A stretch of DNA of 64,000 bases from an uncultured Gemmatimonadaceae bacterium (GCA_963761305.1 CAVXGK010000002.1:1600001-1664000), one strand, 5' to 3'; counted from the stretch's first letter, positions 9,564 through 19,954 are shown. A program made the numbers and translations. The notes: a model not told the origin generated them from the sequence alone.

Positions 9564-10603
9564 CAATGCTGGAGCATGTAGTAGGCGATAAAGAGCAGCA
9601 GGAGCAGGACGACGGCCCATGCCCAACCGAAACGCGTTCCGCCGTCTTCCCGCGCTTGAGACTGGGCGACGGCCGTGGACGCGGACACGGGCGTGTGCGG
9701 AGTGGCCCGCCGTTTGTCCTGATACGCCAGCCGGCTCGAGATGGCGTGCGCGCTGGACGGCGTCCGGCGGACGGGCGACACGTCACGATTCGACTTTGGC
9801 TTGGGCGCGAACGACTGGATCGATCGCGCCGGCGCCAACGAGGTCGCGTCCGCGTAGAAGCGGAATTCCTCCTTGGCGATGCGAATCATGTCGGCGCGAT
9901 GCAGCAGATGCGTCCCCTTGATCTTGGTGCCGTTCACGTAGACCCCGTTCGAGCTCAGGTCCTTCAATTCATAACCCCGCAGTGTCGGCGTGATCACGGC
10001 GTGTCTTCGCGATACCTGTTTGGCCGCCAGCACGACGTCCGATCCCGACTCGCGTCCAATAGTCAATCCCGTCTCAGCCACCGTGTACTCCCGACCGTCC
10101 ACCAGCGACACGAGCCGGCCGCCGGAGGCACCGCCCAAGGGATTCGTGACCACCGTCTCCACGCCGGCCACCGCGGGCGACGGCCCTCGAATCGTTTCTC
10201 CCAGCTGGATCGGCTCTCCCAACTTCGGACTCGGAGGAGGGGGGGGCGTCGTTGCGGTCGTTGCGGTCGCTACCGCGGCGGCGATTTCCGCGCGCGGAAT
10301 GAACGTCGTTGCACCCGTCTTCGAGTCGTCGGAATACGATACCTCTTTCCCCCCGATGTCCAGCTTGTCCCCGTGCAGCAACGGCGTCGGATCGGTCAAC
10401 AACACGCCGTTCACCATGACGGCGGCCGTTTTTCCCGGCGGCGGACGAATCACAACGCCCTCGGTCCCCGTCACTTCGATGATCGCCTGCACGCCCAACG
10501 AGACGTCCGGCGAAATGGTTATCTCGACGAAATCGCCGCCACCAAGTCGGTTGGTTCCCGGGCGCAGTTGGAACTGTTGATCGTTCAGCTTGATGACCGG
10601 CAT
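9563..10603 (-). CDS. Double-FHA-domain protein with C-terminal membrane anchor
   Basis: Degenerate N-terminal FHA (..VNG..LLHGDKLDIG) and canonical FHA (IGR..SD...VSRRHA...DLSSNGVYVNG). C-terminal TM helix WAWAVVLLLLLFIAYY. Confidence 0.85.
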   Translation of the reverse strand: MPVIKLNDQQFQLRPGTNRLGGGDFVEITISPDVSLGVQAIIEVTGTEGVVIRPPPGKTAAVMVNGVLLTDPTPLLHGDKLDIGGKEVSYSDDSKTGATTFIPRAEIAAAVATATTATTPPPPPSPKLGEPIQLGETIRGPSPAVAGVETVVTNPLGGASGGRLVSLVDGREYTVAETGLTIGRESGSDVVLAAKQVSRRHAVITPTLRGYELKDLSSNGVYVNGTKIKGTHLLHRADMIRIAKEEFRFYADATSLAPARSIQSFAPKPKSNRDVSPVRRTPSSAHAISSRLAYQDKRRATPHTPVSASTAVAQSQAREDGGTRFGWAWAVVLLLLLFIAYYMLQH

Positions 10604-10669
10604 CGCGATGCGCTCGAAAACGGACGGTTCCGGCAGAAAGTACCCCATCGGCCATCACAGAGGCAAGCA

Positions 10670-12565
10670 TCACGCGCCGGCGCGAACCGCCGCGCGCGCG
10701 GCCGCGGGTTCGTCGACATTCGATTCGTTTGAATCGCCACGCAAGGCATCGCTGACCGCGCCCGCCTGTAATCGATACAAACGCTCGTAGAGGCCCCGTC
10801 GCGCCAGCAGTTCGCGGTGCGTCCCTCGCTCGCGCACCTGGCCGTGGTGCAACACGAGAATCTCGTCCGCGCCGACAATTGTACTCAATCGATGCGCCAC
10901 GGCGATCGTCGTGCGGCCGGACATGAGCGTCGCCAGCGCGGTCTGGATCTCCGCCTCGATCTCGCTGTCCACGGCGCTCGTCGCCTCGTCCAGCACCAGC
11001 AGCGCCGGATCGGCGGCGATCGCGCGCGCAAACGACAGGAGCTGCCGCTCCCCCACGCTGATCGACGCCCCACGCTCGGCGAGCATCTGCTGGTAGCCGC
11101 CGGGCAGGCGTCTGATCACCCGGTCCGCACCCACGCGCGCAGCCGCCGCCGCGACTTCCAGCTCGGAGATCTCGTTCGACAACCGGATGTTCGTGAGCAC
11201 GTCGCCCGCGAAGAGGAAGATGTCCTGCTGCACGTACCCGATCAGTCCCCGCAGCTCGGCGACCGGCATCTCTCGGATGTCTACGCCGTCCACGAGGATG
11301 CGGCCGCGCTGCGGGTCGTAAAATCGGAGGAGGAGGCTGATGATGGTCGTCTTCCCCGCGCCTGTGTGTCCCACAAGCGCGAGGGTTCGTCCGGTCTCGA
11401 CTTTAAAGCTCACACCCTTCAGCACCCACTCCGGCGACACGGACCGGCCTCCCTCGCGTGCGACATGGCCAAGGTCGTATGCGAACCAAACGTCGTCGAA
11501 CTCCACGCGCACCCCGTGCCGGCGCGGGGCCGCCGTCGCCGACTCCGGCGCCGTGGTCAACGCCGCCAGGCCGACGGCTTCCGGCTCGTCGAGCAACCGG
11601 AAAACTCGCTCGCTCGCCGCCATGGCCTGCTGCAGCGTGTTGAACTTGTCCGAAAGATCCTGCAACGGCTGGAAGAACCGCCGCACGAGCTGCAGAAACG
11701 CGGCGACCGTCCCCACGGTCAACGATCCGATCTCCACGCGATGCGCGCCGGCCACGATGAGGCTCGCCAACGCGATCGTCGTCAGCACCTCGATCACCGG
11801 GAAGTAGAGCGCGTAGTAGGTGATCGAATCGAGATTCGCCTTCAGATGTCCGTGATTCAATTCGTCGAAGCGCTTCGCCTCCGACGCTTCGCGGCCGAAC
11901 AGCTGCATGACGCGAATGCCGGTGATGCGCTCTTGCAGAAACGCGTTGATCCGCGCCAGCCGCGCGCGAATGTCGCGATACGAGTCGCGCACCTTGAGCC
12001 GGAAGGCGTACGACGCCGCGTAGACCAGTGGAATCACCGCGAACGACGCGAGCGCGAGCCGCCAATCCGTCACCAGCATCAACCCGCTGATGGCGAGCAG
12101 CGTGAAGAGGTCGCCCAACCCGGCGACGACTCCCGCCGTGAACAGCTCGTTCAGCGCTTCGACATCCGACGTCACGCGCGTGACGAGACGGCCCACCGGA
12201 TTGCGATCGAAGAACGTGATCGACAAGCGCTGGACATGGCCGAAGATGTCGCGGCGCAGATCGCGCATCACGCGCTGGCCGAGGAGCGCGGTGAGCATGG
12301 TTTCGCCGTATTGGCAGGCGAACCCGATGACGAGAGACGCCGCGAAGAGGGTCGCCGCGTGCCACACCATCGTCCCCGAATGCGCCGGGAGCGCCACGTC
12401 GATCACGCGCTGCGTCATCAACGGGCCGACCAACTGCATGAGCCCGTCGACGATCAAACAGGCGAGCGCACTGATGATCAGCCACCAGTACGGGCGCGCG
12501 TAGACGAACAGCCGGCGCATCAGCCGGGCGTCGAACGGCTTTCCGGTGAGTTCGTCGTCGTGCAT
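10670..12565 (-). CDS. ABC exporter, fused permease/ATP-binding subunit (MdlB/MsbA-like)
   Basis: TM domain followed by Walker A GHTGAGKT, signature ISVGERQ, Walker B LVLDEATS, H-loop AHRLST. Confidence 0.93.
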   Translation of the reverse strand: MHDDELTGKPFDARLMRRLFVYARPYWWLIISALACLIVDGLMQLVGPLMTQRVIDVALPAHSGTMVWHAATLFAASLVIGFACQYGETMLTALLGQRVMRDLRRDIFGHVQRLSITFFDRNPVGRLVTRVTSDVEALNELFTAGVVAGLGDLFTLLAISGLMLVTDWRLALASFAVIPLVYAASYAFRLKVRDSYRDIRARLARINAFLQERITGIRVMQLFGREASEAKRFDELNHGHLKANLDSITYYALYFPVIEVLTTIALASLIVAGAHRVEIGSLTVGTVAAFLQLVRRFFQPLQDLSDKFNTLQQAMAASERVFRLLDEPEAVGLAALTTAPESATAAPRRHGVRVEFDDVWFAYDLGHVAREGGRSVSPEWVLKGVSFKVETGRTLALVGHTGAGKTTIISLLLRFYDPQRGRILVDGVDIREMPVAELRGLIGYVQQDIFLFAGDVLTNIRLSNEISELEVAAAAARVGADRVIRRLPGGYQQMLAERGASISVGERQLLSFARAIAADPALLVLDEATSAVDSEIEAEIQTALATLMSGRTTIAVAHRLSTIVGADEILVLHHGQVRERGTHRELLARRGLYERLYRLQAGAVSDALRGDSNESNVDEPAAARAAVRAGA

Positions 12566-12626
12566 ATTGGAAACGTAGTCGCCGGCGAGACGTCCTCGTC
12601 CGGTGCAGGCGTCGCAGAACCGGAAG

Positions 12627-12641
12627 TGGTATGTGGGTTGC
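12627..12641 (+). promoter_or_regulatory. Candidate sigma-54 promoter for the GlsB/YeaQ pair
   Basis: TGGTAT-GTGGG-TTGC, with exact GG-N10-GC spacing. Confidence 0.4.
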
Positions 12642-12687
12642 GTGCCTCGTTGGCTCAGCCAACCACTCCATAACCGGAGGCGATCGT

Positions 12688-12960
12688 ATGGGTGTTATCG
12701 CGTGGATCGTGCTCGGCTTGATCGCCGGCGCGATCGCCAAGGCGATCATGCCAGGCAAGGATCCCGGTGGGATCATCGTCACCGCCGTCATCGGGATCGT
12801 AGGCGCACTCGTCGGCGGTTACATCGGCAACCTCATCACTGGAACTGGGCTCACCGGTTTCTCTCTGTGGAGCATCATTCTCGCGATCGTAGGGTCGCTG
12901 ATCCTGCTCTGGATCTATCGCGCGGCAACGCGCTCGCGTCACACGACGCCGCCGATGTAG
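12688..12960 (+). CDS. GlsB/YeaQ/YmgE family stress-response membrane protein
   Basis: MGVIAWIVLGLIAGAIAKAIMPGKDPGG...GIVGALVGG; GGAGG RBS. Confidence 0.92.
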   Translation: MGVIAWIVLGLIAGAIAKAIMPGKDPGGIIVTAVIGIVGALVGGYIGNLITGTGLTGFSLWSIILAIVGSLILLWIYRAATRSRHTTPPM

Positions 12961-13030
12961 TTCGTTCGGTGCGGGCCTGGAAGAGCCGCGGCGGGTGGGC
13001 TCTCGTGGCGACGTGGGTAACCGCGTAGCC

Positions 13031-13300
13031 ATGCCGCTGTGGCTCTTCTGGATCCTGCTCGGTCTGATTGCCGGAACGCTGGCCAAGTTTCTCATGCCCG
13101 GTCGAGATCCCGCCGGGTGTGTGTTCACTATTGTGCTCGGCATCGTCGGCGCGATGCTCGGCGGTTTGATCGGTACCCAGCTCGGCTGGGGGCGCGTCAC
13201 CGCGGGCGATCTCGACTTTCGGTCGATCGGCATCGCGACGTTCGGTGCGCTCATCCTGCTGCTTGTCGGGCGATTGCTTCGCCGGCGTCCGACTCGGTGA
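13031..13300 (+). CDS. GlsB/YeaQ/YmgE family membrane protein (second copy)
   Basis: WILLGLIAGTLAKFLMPGRDPAGC...GIVGAMLGG. Confidence 0.9.
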   Translation: MPLWLFWILLGLIAGTLAKFLMPGRDPAGCVFTIVLGIVGAMLGGLIGTQLGWGRVTAGDLDFRSIGIATFGALILLLVGRLLRRRPTR

Positions 13301-13341
13301 CGCTGTATGCTCGCGAAACGCTCACGACGCGAGCCGAGAGG

Positions 13342-13376
13342 TCAGACGTCTGAAATCTGACGTCAGACGTCCGATA
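13342..13376. repeat. Heptamer tandem repeat (TC[A/T/C]GA[C/A/T][G/A] x5) with internal palindromes
   Basis: TCAGACG TCTGAAA TCTGACG TCAGACG TCCGATA, upstream of uvrA. Confidence 0.7.
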
Positions 13377-13403
13377 TCTTCCGGCTGTTTCGGTCCACGT
13401 GCT

Positions 13404-13432
13404 TCGCCATTTCTTCGGTGCCCGACTAAATT
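13404..13432 (+). promoter_or_regulatory. Sigma-70-type promoter for a leaderless uvrA transcript
   Basis: TCGCCA-17-TAAATT; the -10 ends 6 nt before ATG 13439 and no SD is present. Confidence 0.5.
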
Positions 13433-13438
13433 GGGTAC

Positions 13439-16324
13439 ATGAAGGACGCCATCGTGGTGCGCGGAGCCCGTCAGCACAACCTCAAGGGCTTCGACCTCGA
13501 GATCCCGCGCCGCGCGTTCACGGTCATCACCGGACCGTCGGGATCGGGTAAGTCCTCGCTCGCGTTCGACACCATCTACGCCGAAGGCCAGCGTCGCTAC
13601 GTCGAGTCGCTATCGGCCTACGCACGCCAGTTCCTCGAGCGGATGGAGAAGCCCGACGTCGATTCGATCGACGGGCTGTCGCCGGCCGTCGCCATCGAAC
13701 AGAAGAACCCGACGAAGACGTCGCGCTCGACCGTCGGCACGGCGACCGAGATCTACGATTACCTGCGCCTCCTCTGGGCGCGCGTCGGCCACACGTTCTG
13801 TCCGCTCTGCGGCCGCGAGATGCGCCCCGACACTGTACAGTCCGTCGTCGACACGGTGCTCTCGCTGCGGCCGGGGCTGCGATTCCACGTCGCGTTTCCG
13901 CTGGTGCTCTCGCCCGAAGTCACGCACGAGGTCGTCGTCGAAAACCTGCGCGAGCAGGGATTCGTCCGCCTGAGCGTCGACGGCGCGATCAAGCACCTCG
14001 ACGATCTGCTCAGTGAACCGGTCGACGTCACGCTCGCCAAGGAGCTGCTCGTCGTCGTCGACCGCCTTGTGGCGGGCGACGACGCGCGCGGACGGCTGGC
14101 CGACGCGGTGGGTACGGCGTTTCGCGAGGGCGACGGCGACTGTGTGATTCTCTTCGCCGAGCCGGTCGCCACGTCGCTCACACCGCGGCCGTCGACGCGC
14201 CTGCGGTTCACCGAGCGATACGAGTGCGCCAACGACGGCACGCGCGCGCCGGCGCCGGCGCCGCAGCTCTTCTCGTTCAACAGTCCGCGCGGCGCGTGCG
14301 AGCGGTGCAACGGATTCGGCGCGACGCTCGAGTACGACGAGTCGCTGGTCGTTCCCTACCCGAGCCGCACGCTGCGCGAGGGCGCGATCGATCCGTGGAC
14401 CAAGCCGCGGTACGACAACAAGCGCCGCGCGCTGGCCGAGTTCGCCAAGCGCGAGGGAATCTCGCTCGACACGCCGTGGGAGCGTCTCTCGGCCGGCGCG
14501 CGAGCGAAACTGCTCAACACGCGCGGTCGTGGCTACAAGGGCATTCTGCCGTTCCTCGAGGATCTCGAGGAAAAGAAATACAAGCAGTACATCAGAGTTT
14601 TCTTACGGCAGTACCAGACGGCGCGCGAGTGTCCGCAGTGCCACGGCACGAAGCTCAAGCCGGAGGCGCTCCAGGTGCGCGTCGGCGGCGAGACGATCGC
14701 CGCGGTGTGCGAGCTCCCCGTCGACCGCCTGCTCTCCTGGCTCGAGGCGCTCACGCTCAGCCAGTTCGAGCGGCAGATCGCCGCGCACATCCTCAAGGAA
14801 ACGCGCGACCGCGTCCAGTTCCTGTGCGACGTCGGACTGAACTATCTCACGCTGCACCGCGGGACGCGCACGCTGTCGGGCGGCGAGGCGCAGCGCATCG
14901 GACTCGCCAACTCGCTCGGCTCGCAGCTGGTCGACACGCTCTACGTGCTCGACGAGCCGTCGATCGGACTGCATCCGCGCGACATGGATCGCCTGCTGCG
15001 TCTGCTGCACCGATTGCGCGACGGCGGCAACACGGTGCTCGTCGTCGAGCACGATCCCGAAGCGATTCGCGCGGCCGATCACATGGTGGAGCTCGGGCCG
15101 GGCAGCGGTGAGAAGGGCGGACATCTCGTCTTCAACGGACCCATCTCGCGCATCGCCGAGAGTCCCCTCACCGGCGCGTACCTCACGGGCCGGCGCGAGA
15201 TTCCGGTGCCGGTCGAGCGACGGCGGGTGGGGCCGCGATGGATCACGCTGACCGGGGCGCGCGAGCACAACCTCAAGAATGTCGACGTGAAGATTCCGCT
15301 CGGCGCCGTGACCGTGGTGACCGGCGTCTCGGGGTCGGGCAAGAGCACGCTCGTCCACGACGTGCTGTTGCGCGCGCTCGAGACGAAGCTTCACGGCGAA
15401 CACTCCGCCAAGCAGTACCTCGGTGAACGCGTCGGCGAATACGACACGCTCTCCGGCGCCGACGCGATCGAGGACGTGGTCGGGATCGACCAGAGCCCGA
15501 TCGGCAAATCGCCGCGCTCGAATCCGGTGACGTACGTGAAGGCCTTCGATGAAATCCGTCGAATCTTCGCCGATGCCCCGTTGTCCCGCGAGCGACGCTA
15601 CACCGCGGGCACGTTCAGCTTCAACGTCGCCGGCGGTCGTTGCGAGACGTGCGAAGGCGCGGGCTATCTCGAGGTCGAGATGGTGTTCATGGCCGACGTG
15701 TTCGTGCCGTGCGACGAATGCGGCGGCAAGCGGTTCAAGCCCGCCGTGCTCGACGTGCGCGTCAACGGCAAGAACGTTCACGACGTCCTCGAGCTCACGG
15801 TGGACGAAGCCATTCGCTTCTTCCCGCGCGAAGAAAAGCTCGGCCAGGCGCTCTGGCAGTTGCAGCAGGTTGGACTCGGCTATCTCCGGCTCGGCCAGCC
15901 GGCGACGACGCTCTCCGGCGGCGAAGCGCAGCGACTCAAGGTGGCGCGCGAGCTCGCGCTCGCGACCAAGAAGAGCGGCAAGAAGCTCTATGTGATGGAC
16001 GAGCCGACCACGGGTCTCCACCTCGACGACATTCGAAAACTCGCGAACGTGTTCGACCGGCTGGTGGACGCGGGGCACACGCTCGTGCTGATCGAGCACA
16101 ATCTCGACGTCATCAAGCTCGCCGACTGGGTGATCGATCTCGGCCCCGAAGCGGGCGATCGCGGCGGTGAGATCGTGGCGACGGGTCGGCCCGAGGACCT
16201 CGCTCGCGCGGGGAGCTCGCATACAGGGAAATGGCTTCGCACCGTGCTCCCCGGGTTCGCCGAGTACGGTGGATCCGCGCCGCGTGCAAAGGTGCCGCGA
16301 GGCGCCGTGTCGCAGGCGGTTTAA
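13439..16324 (+). CDS. uvrA: Excinuclease ABC subunit A
   Basis: RGARQHNLK, two Walker A ([18 protein letters not shown]), two LSGGEAQR signatures, CxxC zinc fingers. Confidence 0.97.
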   Translation: MKDAIVVRGARQHNLKGFDLEIPRRAFTVITGPSGSGKSSLAFDTIYAEGQRRYVESLSAYARQFLERMEKPDVDSIDGLSPAVAIEQKNPTKTSRSTVGTATEIYDYLRLLWARVGHTFCPLCGREMRPDTVQSVVDTVLSLRPGLRFHVAFPLVLSPEVTHEVVVENLREQGFVRLSVDGAIKHLDDLLSEPVDVTLAKELLVVVDRLVAGDDARGRLADAVGTAFREGDGDCVILFAEPVATSLTPRPSTRLRFTERYECANDGTRAPAPAPQLFSFNSPRGACERCNGFGATLEYDESLVVPYPSRTLREGAIDPWTKPRYDNKRRALAEFAKREGISLDTPWERLSAGARAKLLNTRGRGYKGILPFLEDLEEKKYKQYIRVFLRQYQTARECPQCHGTKLKPEALQVRVGGETIAAVCELPVDRLLSWLEALTLSQFERQIAAHILKETRDRVQFLCDVGLNYLTLHRGTRTLSGGEAQRIGLANSLGSQLVDTLYVLDEPSIGLHPRDMDRLLRLLHRLRDGGNTVLVVEHDPEAIRAADHMVELGPGSGEKGGHLVFNGPISRIAESPLTGAYLTGRREIPVPVERRRVGPRWITLTGAREHNLKNVDVKIPLGAVTVVTGVSGSGKSTLVHDVLLRALETKLHGEHSAKQYLGERVGEYDTLSGADAIEDVVGIDQSPIGKSPRSNPVTYVKAFDEIRRIFADAPLSRERRYTAGTFSFNVAGGRCETCEGAGYLEVEMVFMADVFVPCDECGGKRFKPAVLDVRVNGKNVHDVLELTVDEAIRFFPREEKLGQALWQLQQVGLGYLRLGQPATTLSGGEAQRLKVARELALATKKSGKKLYVMDEPTTGLHLDDIRKLANVFDRLVDAGHTLVLIEHNLDVIKLADWVIDLGPEAGDRGGEIVATGRPEDLARAGSSHTGKWLRTVLPGFAEYGGSAPRAKVPRGAVSQAV

Positions 16325-16364
16325 GTGGATGATGCATAGAGGTTTGGCTTCATAGCCGGCCGCG

Positions 16365-16392
16365 TTGACTTCGACGTGGCTTTCACTACCTT
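16365..16392 (+). promoter_or_regulatory. Sigma-70-type promoter for tRNA-Asn
   Basis: TTGACT-16-TACCTT. Confidence 0.5.
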
Positions 16393-16428
16393 TCTGCGTC
16401 TGGTCCGTCCTTCCGTTGATCCTTCCGA

Positions 16429-16501
16429 TCCCCGATAGCTCAGTTGGTAGAGCGCTCGACTGTTAATCGAGTGGTCGTAGGTTCGAGTCCTACTCGGGGA
16501 G
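16429..16501 (+). tRNA. tRNA-Asn (GTT), CCA not encoded
   Basis: Acceptor TCCCCGA/TCGGGGA, D-arm GCTCAGTTGGTAGAGC, anticodon arm CTCGA-CTGTTAA-TCGAG, T-arm GTAGG-TTCGAGT-CCTAC. Confidence 0.97.
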
Positions 16502-16503
16502 TT

Positions 16504-18606
16504 GTGCAGCCGCCTTCCGCTCGCGACGCCACACGTCGACCCGCGCGGAAGGCGGTTGTGTTTTCCGCCGGCTTGGCGCTGATCGTCGCCGTTTTCACGG
16601 CGTACTGGCCGGCGCTGCGCGCGCCGTTCGAGTTCGACGACTTCGCGAGCATTCCCGCCAACGCGACCATCCGCACGCTGCGGCCGTCCGTCGCGCTCGA
16701 CCCGCCGCCCAACACGTCGGTCGCCGGACGCCCCGTCGTGAACTACTCGTTCGCGGTCAACTATGCCATCAACGAATGGCTCGGCGTCGACCAGCGCGCC
16801 GATCCGCTCGGCCCGAATAAGACGCTCGGCTACCACGTTGCGAACATCCTCATCCACGTTCTCTGTGGATTCCTGCTGTTCGCGCTGATCACCCGAACGC
16901 TGGAACACGGGCGTTTCGCCGACAGATGGGGGGAGTCGGCTCCGTGGATTGCCGGCGCCGTCGCGGCGCTCTGGCTGCTCCACCCGATTCAAACCGAAGC
17001 CGTCGACTACGTGGTACAGCGCACCGAGACGCTGGTCTCGCTCTGCTACCTCGCCACGCTGTACGCATCGCTGCGCGCATGGGACGCACGGTCGCCGCGC
17101 TCGGCGGCGGCATGGATGGTATTCGGCGTGCTCGCATGCCTGGCCGGCATGGGCAGCAAAGAAGTCATGCTCACCGCGCCGCTCGCCGTGATTCTCTACG
17201 ACCGTGCTTTTCATGTGGAATCGTGGCCGGGATTGCTGCGTCAGCGCGCGCGTGTCGGCTTCTACGCGGCGCTCGTCGCGACGAGTGCGCTTGCGATCGC
17301 GATGATCGCCGGCAACTCACGATTCGACACGGTCGGCTTCGGGTTGGGCATCCCGTGGTATGAGTATCTGTACACGCAGGCGTGGGCCATTCCGCACTAC
17401 CTGCGGCTCGTGCTCTGGCCGGATCACCTCACGCTCGACTACGGGCAGCGCCCGATTTCCGGATGGCAAGGCGTGCCCGGCGCGATCGTCATGGCCCTGC
17501 TGTTCGTGGCGACGATCGCCGCCTGGACGCGGCCCAACCACTGGGCGTGGTTCGGGTTCCTGGGCGCGACCTTCTTTCTGCTGCTCGCGCCGTCGTCGAG
17601 CGTCGTACCGATCGCCACCGAGGTCGCGGCCGAACGGCGGATCTATCTCGCCCTGGCGCCGGCGTTGGTCGCGTTGGTCGTGGGGGTCGAGCTGCTGCGT
17701 CGACGATACGCGGCGCCGGGCAGAATCATCCGCCCACTCGTATTCGCGGCGGCGGCGACGCTCGCGCTCGTGACCTTCCAGCGCAGTCGCCTGTACGCCG
17801 ACCCGCAAGCCTTGTGGCGCGATGCGGTGGCGAACGCGCCGGCGAATCCGCGCGCGTACGACAACCTCGCGTCGACGCTCTTCTTCGTCGATCCGCCGCG
17901 GCTCGACGAAGCGGAGGCACTCTACTCTCGCGCCATCGCCCTCGACTCGACGTACCTGCATGCGTGGCCCGGACTGGCCTCCGTGGCGATGGACCGCGGA
18001 AAGTTCGACACGGCTGAGTGGATCCTCGAGCACGTGCTCACGATTGATCCGAATTACTCGGACGCGATCGATCATCTCGGCCGCCTGTTGCTCCGCGAGG
18101 GAAAGCCGGACCGCGCGCTGCCTTACCTCGCTCGTTTCGCGGATGCGTACCCAAGCGACAACTCGCTGGTGTCGCTGGGAACGGCATATCTCCAACTCGG
18201 CAAGCTCGACTCGGCGACGAGCACGCTGCGCGCGGCGCTTGACCTCAATCCGAATCGCGCCGACGCGCTGCGATTCCTCGGCGGACTGTTCGCCGAGCAG
18301 GGCCGCGGCGGCGATGCGGTGCCGCTTCTCGAGCGGGCCGTCGCGCTCGAGCCGGAGTCGGGACTCGATCGCGGGCTGTTGAGTCTCGCGTACGCCGAAG
18401 CGGGGCGTGCGGACGACGCCGCGCATGCGGCGCACGAGGCGGTGTCGGTGAGCAAGGACGCGAGCGTCCCGATTCTCGCCGCTCGCGCGATGCTTGCCCT
18501 GCACCGCGACGACGACGCGCGCGCATTCTTCAACAGTGCGTTGCAGCTCGACCCGAAGAACCGCGAAGCCGCCGCTCGGCTCCAGTCGATGGAGCGGAAA
18601 CCATAG
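16504..18606 (+). CDS. TMTC-like GT-C membrane glycosyltransferase (putative protein O-mannosyltransferase) with C-terminal TPRs; start uncertain
   Basis: FEFDD loop motif, GRP, YHVANILIH, LLHPIQTEAV..VVQRTE, SKE, AERRIYL, multiple TMs followed by TPR repeats. Confidence 0.8.
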   Translation: MQPPSARDATRRPARKAVVFSAGLALIVAVFTAYWPALRAPFEFDDFASIPANATIRTLRPSVALDPPPNTSVAGRPVVNYSFAVNYAINEWLGVDQRADPLGPNKTLGYHVANILIHVLCGFLLFALITRTLEHGRFADRWGESAPWIAGAVAALWLLHPIQTEAVDYVVQRTETLVSLCYLATLYASLRAWDARSPRSAAAWMVFGVLACLAGMGSKEVMLTAPLAVILYDRAFHVESWPGLLRQRARVGFYAALVATSALAIAMIAGNSRFDTVGFGLGIPWYEYLYTQAWAIPHYLRLVLWPDHLTLDYGQRPISGWQGVPGAIVMALLFVATIAAWTRPNHWAWFGFLGATFFLLLAPSSSVVPIATEVAAERRIYLALAPALVALVVGVELLRRRYAAPGRIIRPLVFAAAATLALVTFQRSRLYADPQALWRDAVANAPANPRAYDNLASTLFFVDPPRLDEAEALYSRAIALDSTYLHAWPGLASVAMDRGKFDTAEWILEHVLTIDPNYSDAIDHLGRLLLREGKPDRALPYLARFADAYPSDNSLVSLGTAYLQLGKLDSATSTLRAALDLNPNRADALRFLGGLFAEQGRGGDAVPLLERAVALEPESGLDRGLLSLAYAEAGRADDAAHAAHEAVSVSKDASVPILAARAMLALHRDDDARAFFNSALQLDPKNREAAARLQSMERKP

Positions 18607-18886
18607 CGCGCTCAGCGGGAGTGCAGTAATCGAGGTCCGTGTCGACCTCCGGTAGTGCACTTTCGCCGGCGCACTCATCGGCGCCGCGAACGCGGCGACC
18701 GCGACGATCAACATCTCGGGCCTGAGATTGCTCGCTCCCGGCGGGCTCCGATCCCAACGCCGCAAATCGCGGCGAAAGTGATCATGGGACCGGCCGGAGC
18801 GGAGGCCGATGGCGCTATCCTTGTATCCGGGAGCCGGTTGCGCCCCCTGAGCGATTCGCTACAGACCTCATAGTCGTATTGCCACG

Positions 18887-19954
18887 ATGAGTCCCCGATC
18901 ATCCTTCCGCGGTCGCGTCATCGCCGCGTTGTTCCTGAGCAGCCTGGCTGCTGGTTCAGTCGCCGGCCAGTCCAAGCCGACCGTGCGCGCCACGCCACGC
19001 GCCGCGGCACACCCGACGCCTGCGCCGACTGCGCCGACGGACACGATCAGCGCGCACCTGATCGCCGGCCGCAACGCGCACGACAAGACATCGTATGCCT
19101 CGGCGGTTCGCTCCGGCACGAAGGCGGCGGCGAAGTGGCCTGCGGGACCGGCAGCGCTACCCGGCGCTGTCTTTCCCGCGAAGCGAGTCGTCGCGTTCTA
19201 CGGGAATCCGCTCGCCAAGAAAATGGGAGTGCTCGGCGAATATCCCGTCGATGTGATGCTCTCGAAGCTCGATCAGGCCGTTGCCGAGTGGCGTCGCGTC
19301 GATCCGTCGACTCCCGTGCAACCCGCGTTGCACCTGATCGCGGTGGTCGCGCAGGGAGCGCCCGGTCGCGACGGCATGTATCGGCTCCGCATGGACACGA
19401 CGCTGATCGAGAAGGTGTACGGCTGGGCGCAGCAGAAGAACGCGCTGCTCTTTCTCGACATTCAGGTCGGACACAGCACGCTCCCGGCCGAGCTGCCGCG
19501 CCTCCTTCCATTTCTGGCGCGGCCGAACGTGCACCTCGGCATCGACCCCGAGTTCTCCATGCACTACGAGCGCGAGGGCATGCGGCCGAGCACGAAGATC
19601 GGCGAGATGAGCGCCGACGACGTGAACTACGTGATCAAGACGCTCACGCAGCTCGTGCAGGAAAAGCACCTCCCGCCCAAGATCCTCATCGTGCACCGGT
19701 TCACGCAGAAGATGGTGCTCGGCGCGCCGAACATTCATCCGACGCCGCAAGTGCAGGTCGTGATGGACATGGACGGCTGGGGCCCGCCGTGGCTCAAGTT
19801 CGATTCGTACCGCGACTACATCGACGCGGAACCCGTCCAGTTCACCGGGTTCAAGATCTTCTACCACAACGACGTCAAACATGGCGACGCGCTGCTCACG
19901 CCCGCCGAAGTGCTGCGGCTCACACCCAGGCCGCTGTACATCCAGTATCAGTGA
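18887..19954 (+). CDS. Conserved secreted hypothetical protein
   Basis: Signal peptide and Pro-rich linker; conserved-looking RVVAFYG..MGVLG, LFLDIQVG, HLGIDPEF, VHRF, MDGWG, GFKIFY motifs; strong coding bias. Confidence 0.8.
   Translation: MSPRSSFRGRVIAALFLSSLAAGSVAGQSKPTVRATPRAAAHPTPAPTAPTDTISAHLIAGRNAHDKTSYASAVRSGTKAAAKWPAGPAALPGAVFPAKRVVAFYGNPLAKKMGVLGEYPVDVMLSKLDQAVAEWRRVDPSTPVQPALHLIAVVAQGAPGRDGMYRLRMDTTLIEKVYGWAQQKNALLFLDIQVGHSTLPAELPRLLPFLARPNVHLGIDPEFSMHYEREGMRPSTKIGEMSADDVNYVIKTLTQLVQEKHLPPKILIVHRFTQKMVLGAPNIHPTPQVQVVMDMDGWGPPWLKFDSYRDYIDAEPVQFTGFKIFYHNDVKHGDALLTPAEVLRLTPRPLYIQYQ

Noticed and set aside
16444..16503. ORF-track start of the TMTC-like gene inside the tRNA
   Set aside because: The sequence is a complete tRNA-Asn cloverleaf; the open frame through it is probably incidental.
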